This document shows, one piece after another, positions 62,526 through 64,000 of a DNA stretch of 64,000 nt. The notes beneath the pieces are model-generated. The model was given only the letters and a program-made list of their open reading frames with translations, did not search any database and was not told where the DNA came from. A program made the translations under genes and the position numbers. The DNA is from Takakia lepidozioides (lineage: Eukaryota > Plantae > Bryophyta), in NCBI GenBank assembly GCA_030704615.1, contig CM060732.1:64976001-65040000 (forward strand), in the 5' to 3' direction. Positions within the stretch are counted from its first letter, which is position 1, and each line of letters opens with the position of its first letter.

Positions 62526-63844
62526 ATGGCTGTGCAGAAGGTTCCGATTGAATTTACCGTCATGCGACGGGTGGTTACCTCAGATCTGACACGCATTATT
62601 CTGGATCTGGACGAGTGCAGAGGCACGATTGTCAGTCACTCTAAAGGATGGATAGGGGCAGAGAAGGGATATACTCATTATCTTGTCCCTGCGATCGTTG
62701 GCTATGACGGACACTACAGGACAAACTCTCCGCGGGATATGAATGGTATGGGCACCACGTGTGCGGTTCAACCCACCAGACTATTAGAATTCAACCCAAC
62801 AGTGGTTGCCCACAGCTAGCATTGTTACTCCAGCCCAACTTGCGGGCACAGATTGCACCAATATTTGTGTGATTGCACTGCAAGTGATTGAGAAAAGGCA
62901 AGGCAGAGATGGAGATTCAATTGGGGGGAGAGGTCTGTTTTTCCAGCTATGCAATCAATTCCTCAGCAAGATTTGGCCCTGCTGAAGATCTCCTATGTTG
63001 TGGTGTTTCCATGCAGGTCTGCAAACTTAGAATGCCTCTGGCAGGGGTTATCATATCCTCCACACTGGTGGGACAACAGATTGATAATGTGAGGTCTTCA
63101 CTTCTTTACTTCAGGTGTGAATGAATGATTGTGGTTGAAGCTGGCAAGATGATGGTTTGTCGATACCTCAAGTTGCTGACAGCAATGACTGTTCTTTGTC
63201 GTGAAAATTCTACACAAGCTAATGTTACTGTTTCTTTCAGCAGCTTGGGGCAGCATTACTGTCAAGGTTGTTCCCTCTTATTTGAACATGCCCAGAACTT
63301 TGGTAGGTAGAATCTGGTCTATTCAACCCTGTGGTTGAAGCTATTGCTGCTCAGCTGCATGCTGGTGGTATTCACAGATAAGTCCAAGATTACCAAACTT
63401 CAGCAGAAAGGAGGCCCTCTGGATTGAGGGTCTGTCAACCCTCCTTCGATGATAACAGAGCTAGCTGCCATGATACAATGTCTGAGCAAACTCTGTTGGT
63501 AGTTGTTTATTACAGTCAACGGACAGAATGTGCGCTGTGAAGGACTGAGGATCACCCACAATCCGCCCGGCTTGAATGGTGGCCTGGACCATCATTAGCT
63601 CCTGCAGTATCTTCTGCACCATTGAGAGTTATGGGGATGTTGGCATGCTTCTTAAGCTCATGAGGCAGAGAATGAGCCCAGAGTACCTTTCAGAAATCTA
63701 AAAACACAGTAGCAACTCCCAACAGAGATTGAGGTTTCTCATGCTCTTTCAGTTCTTGCACCCAGGTGAAGTACCAAGCAGAGAGCGGCTATGGCAGGAG
63801 CTCCTCACAGATCCTTAGCAGCGTTCAATGACAGGTTGGATAAG
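62526..63844 (+). pseudogene. 5' exons of a paralog of the PDF-PPR gene (62526-62745 and 63766-63844); probably continues beyond the window
   Basis: TVMR…D…TIVSHSKGWIGAE matches TVMR…TIASCTEGWIRAE at 35068-35308. The 79-bp exon ERLWQELLTDP*…NDRLDK|gt matches the 80-bp exon 34695-34774 but has a stop and a 1-nt deletion. Confidence 0.65.
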
Positions 63845-64000
63845 GTGAGACTTATTGTCATGTGGGACATCAAAGAGTTTCCAAGGAGGGCTTGATATTG
63901 AAGCTAGCATGATGATGTTTTTAGGACTCTATTGTACCTCAACTTGCATATTGATTGATGACAATTTTCCTTTTTGTTATTAAAACGTTCTTGTAGTTTT

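Overview
Eukaryotic, most likely non-seed land-plant, genomic DNA (inferred from a PLS-DYW PPR gene with an OSB/PDF-motif exon, a chloroplast CAS gene and a Replitron-type HUH transposase). Bases 1-31 kb are nested retroelements. Two sibling ~11-kb Ty3/gypsy-type elements (612-12309, minus; 18466-29645, plus) are the highlight. Their LTR is split and permuted into an A...B-GC-A-B layout, they have 4-bp TSDs, and a self-complementary (Tf1-like) primer site replaces a tRNA PBS. The polyprotein is Gag-PR-[DNMT3-like C5 cytosine methyltransferase]-RT-RH-IN-PHD. The methyltransferase is bracketed by two stop codons shared by both copies, each in a plant-virus readthrough context (UGA-CGG and UAG-CAA-CCA). 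A variable 5' cargo region carries different host-gene fragments in each copy. Copy 2 sits in an older dUTPase-bearing gypsy element; copy 1 sits in an unidentified element that itself interrupts that older element. Bases 31-41 kb hold host genes (PPR-DYW and CAS, head-to-head). Bases 42-58 kb hold a degenerate Replitron and a 13.2-kb MULE with long TIRs, an inverted transposase exon and an Ulp1-like gene. Bases 59-64 kb hold a USP gene and the start of a second PDF-exon PPR-like paralog. All assignments come from reading motifs by eye; no searches were run.
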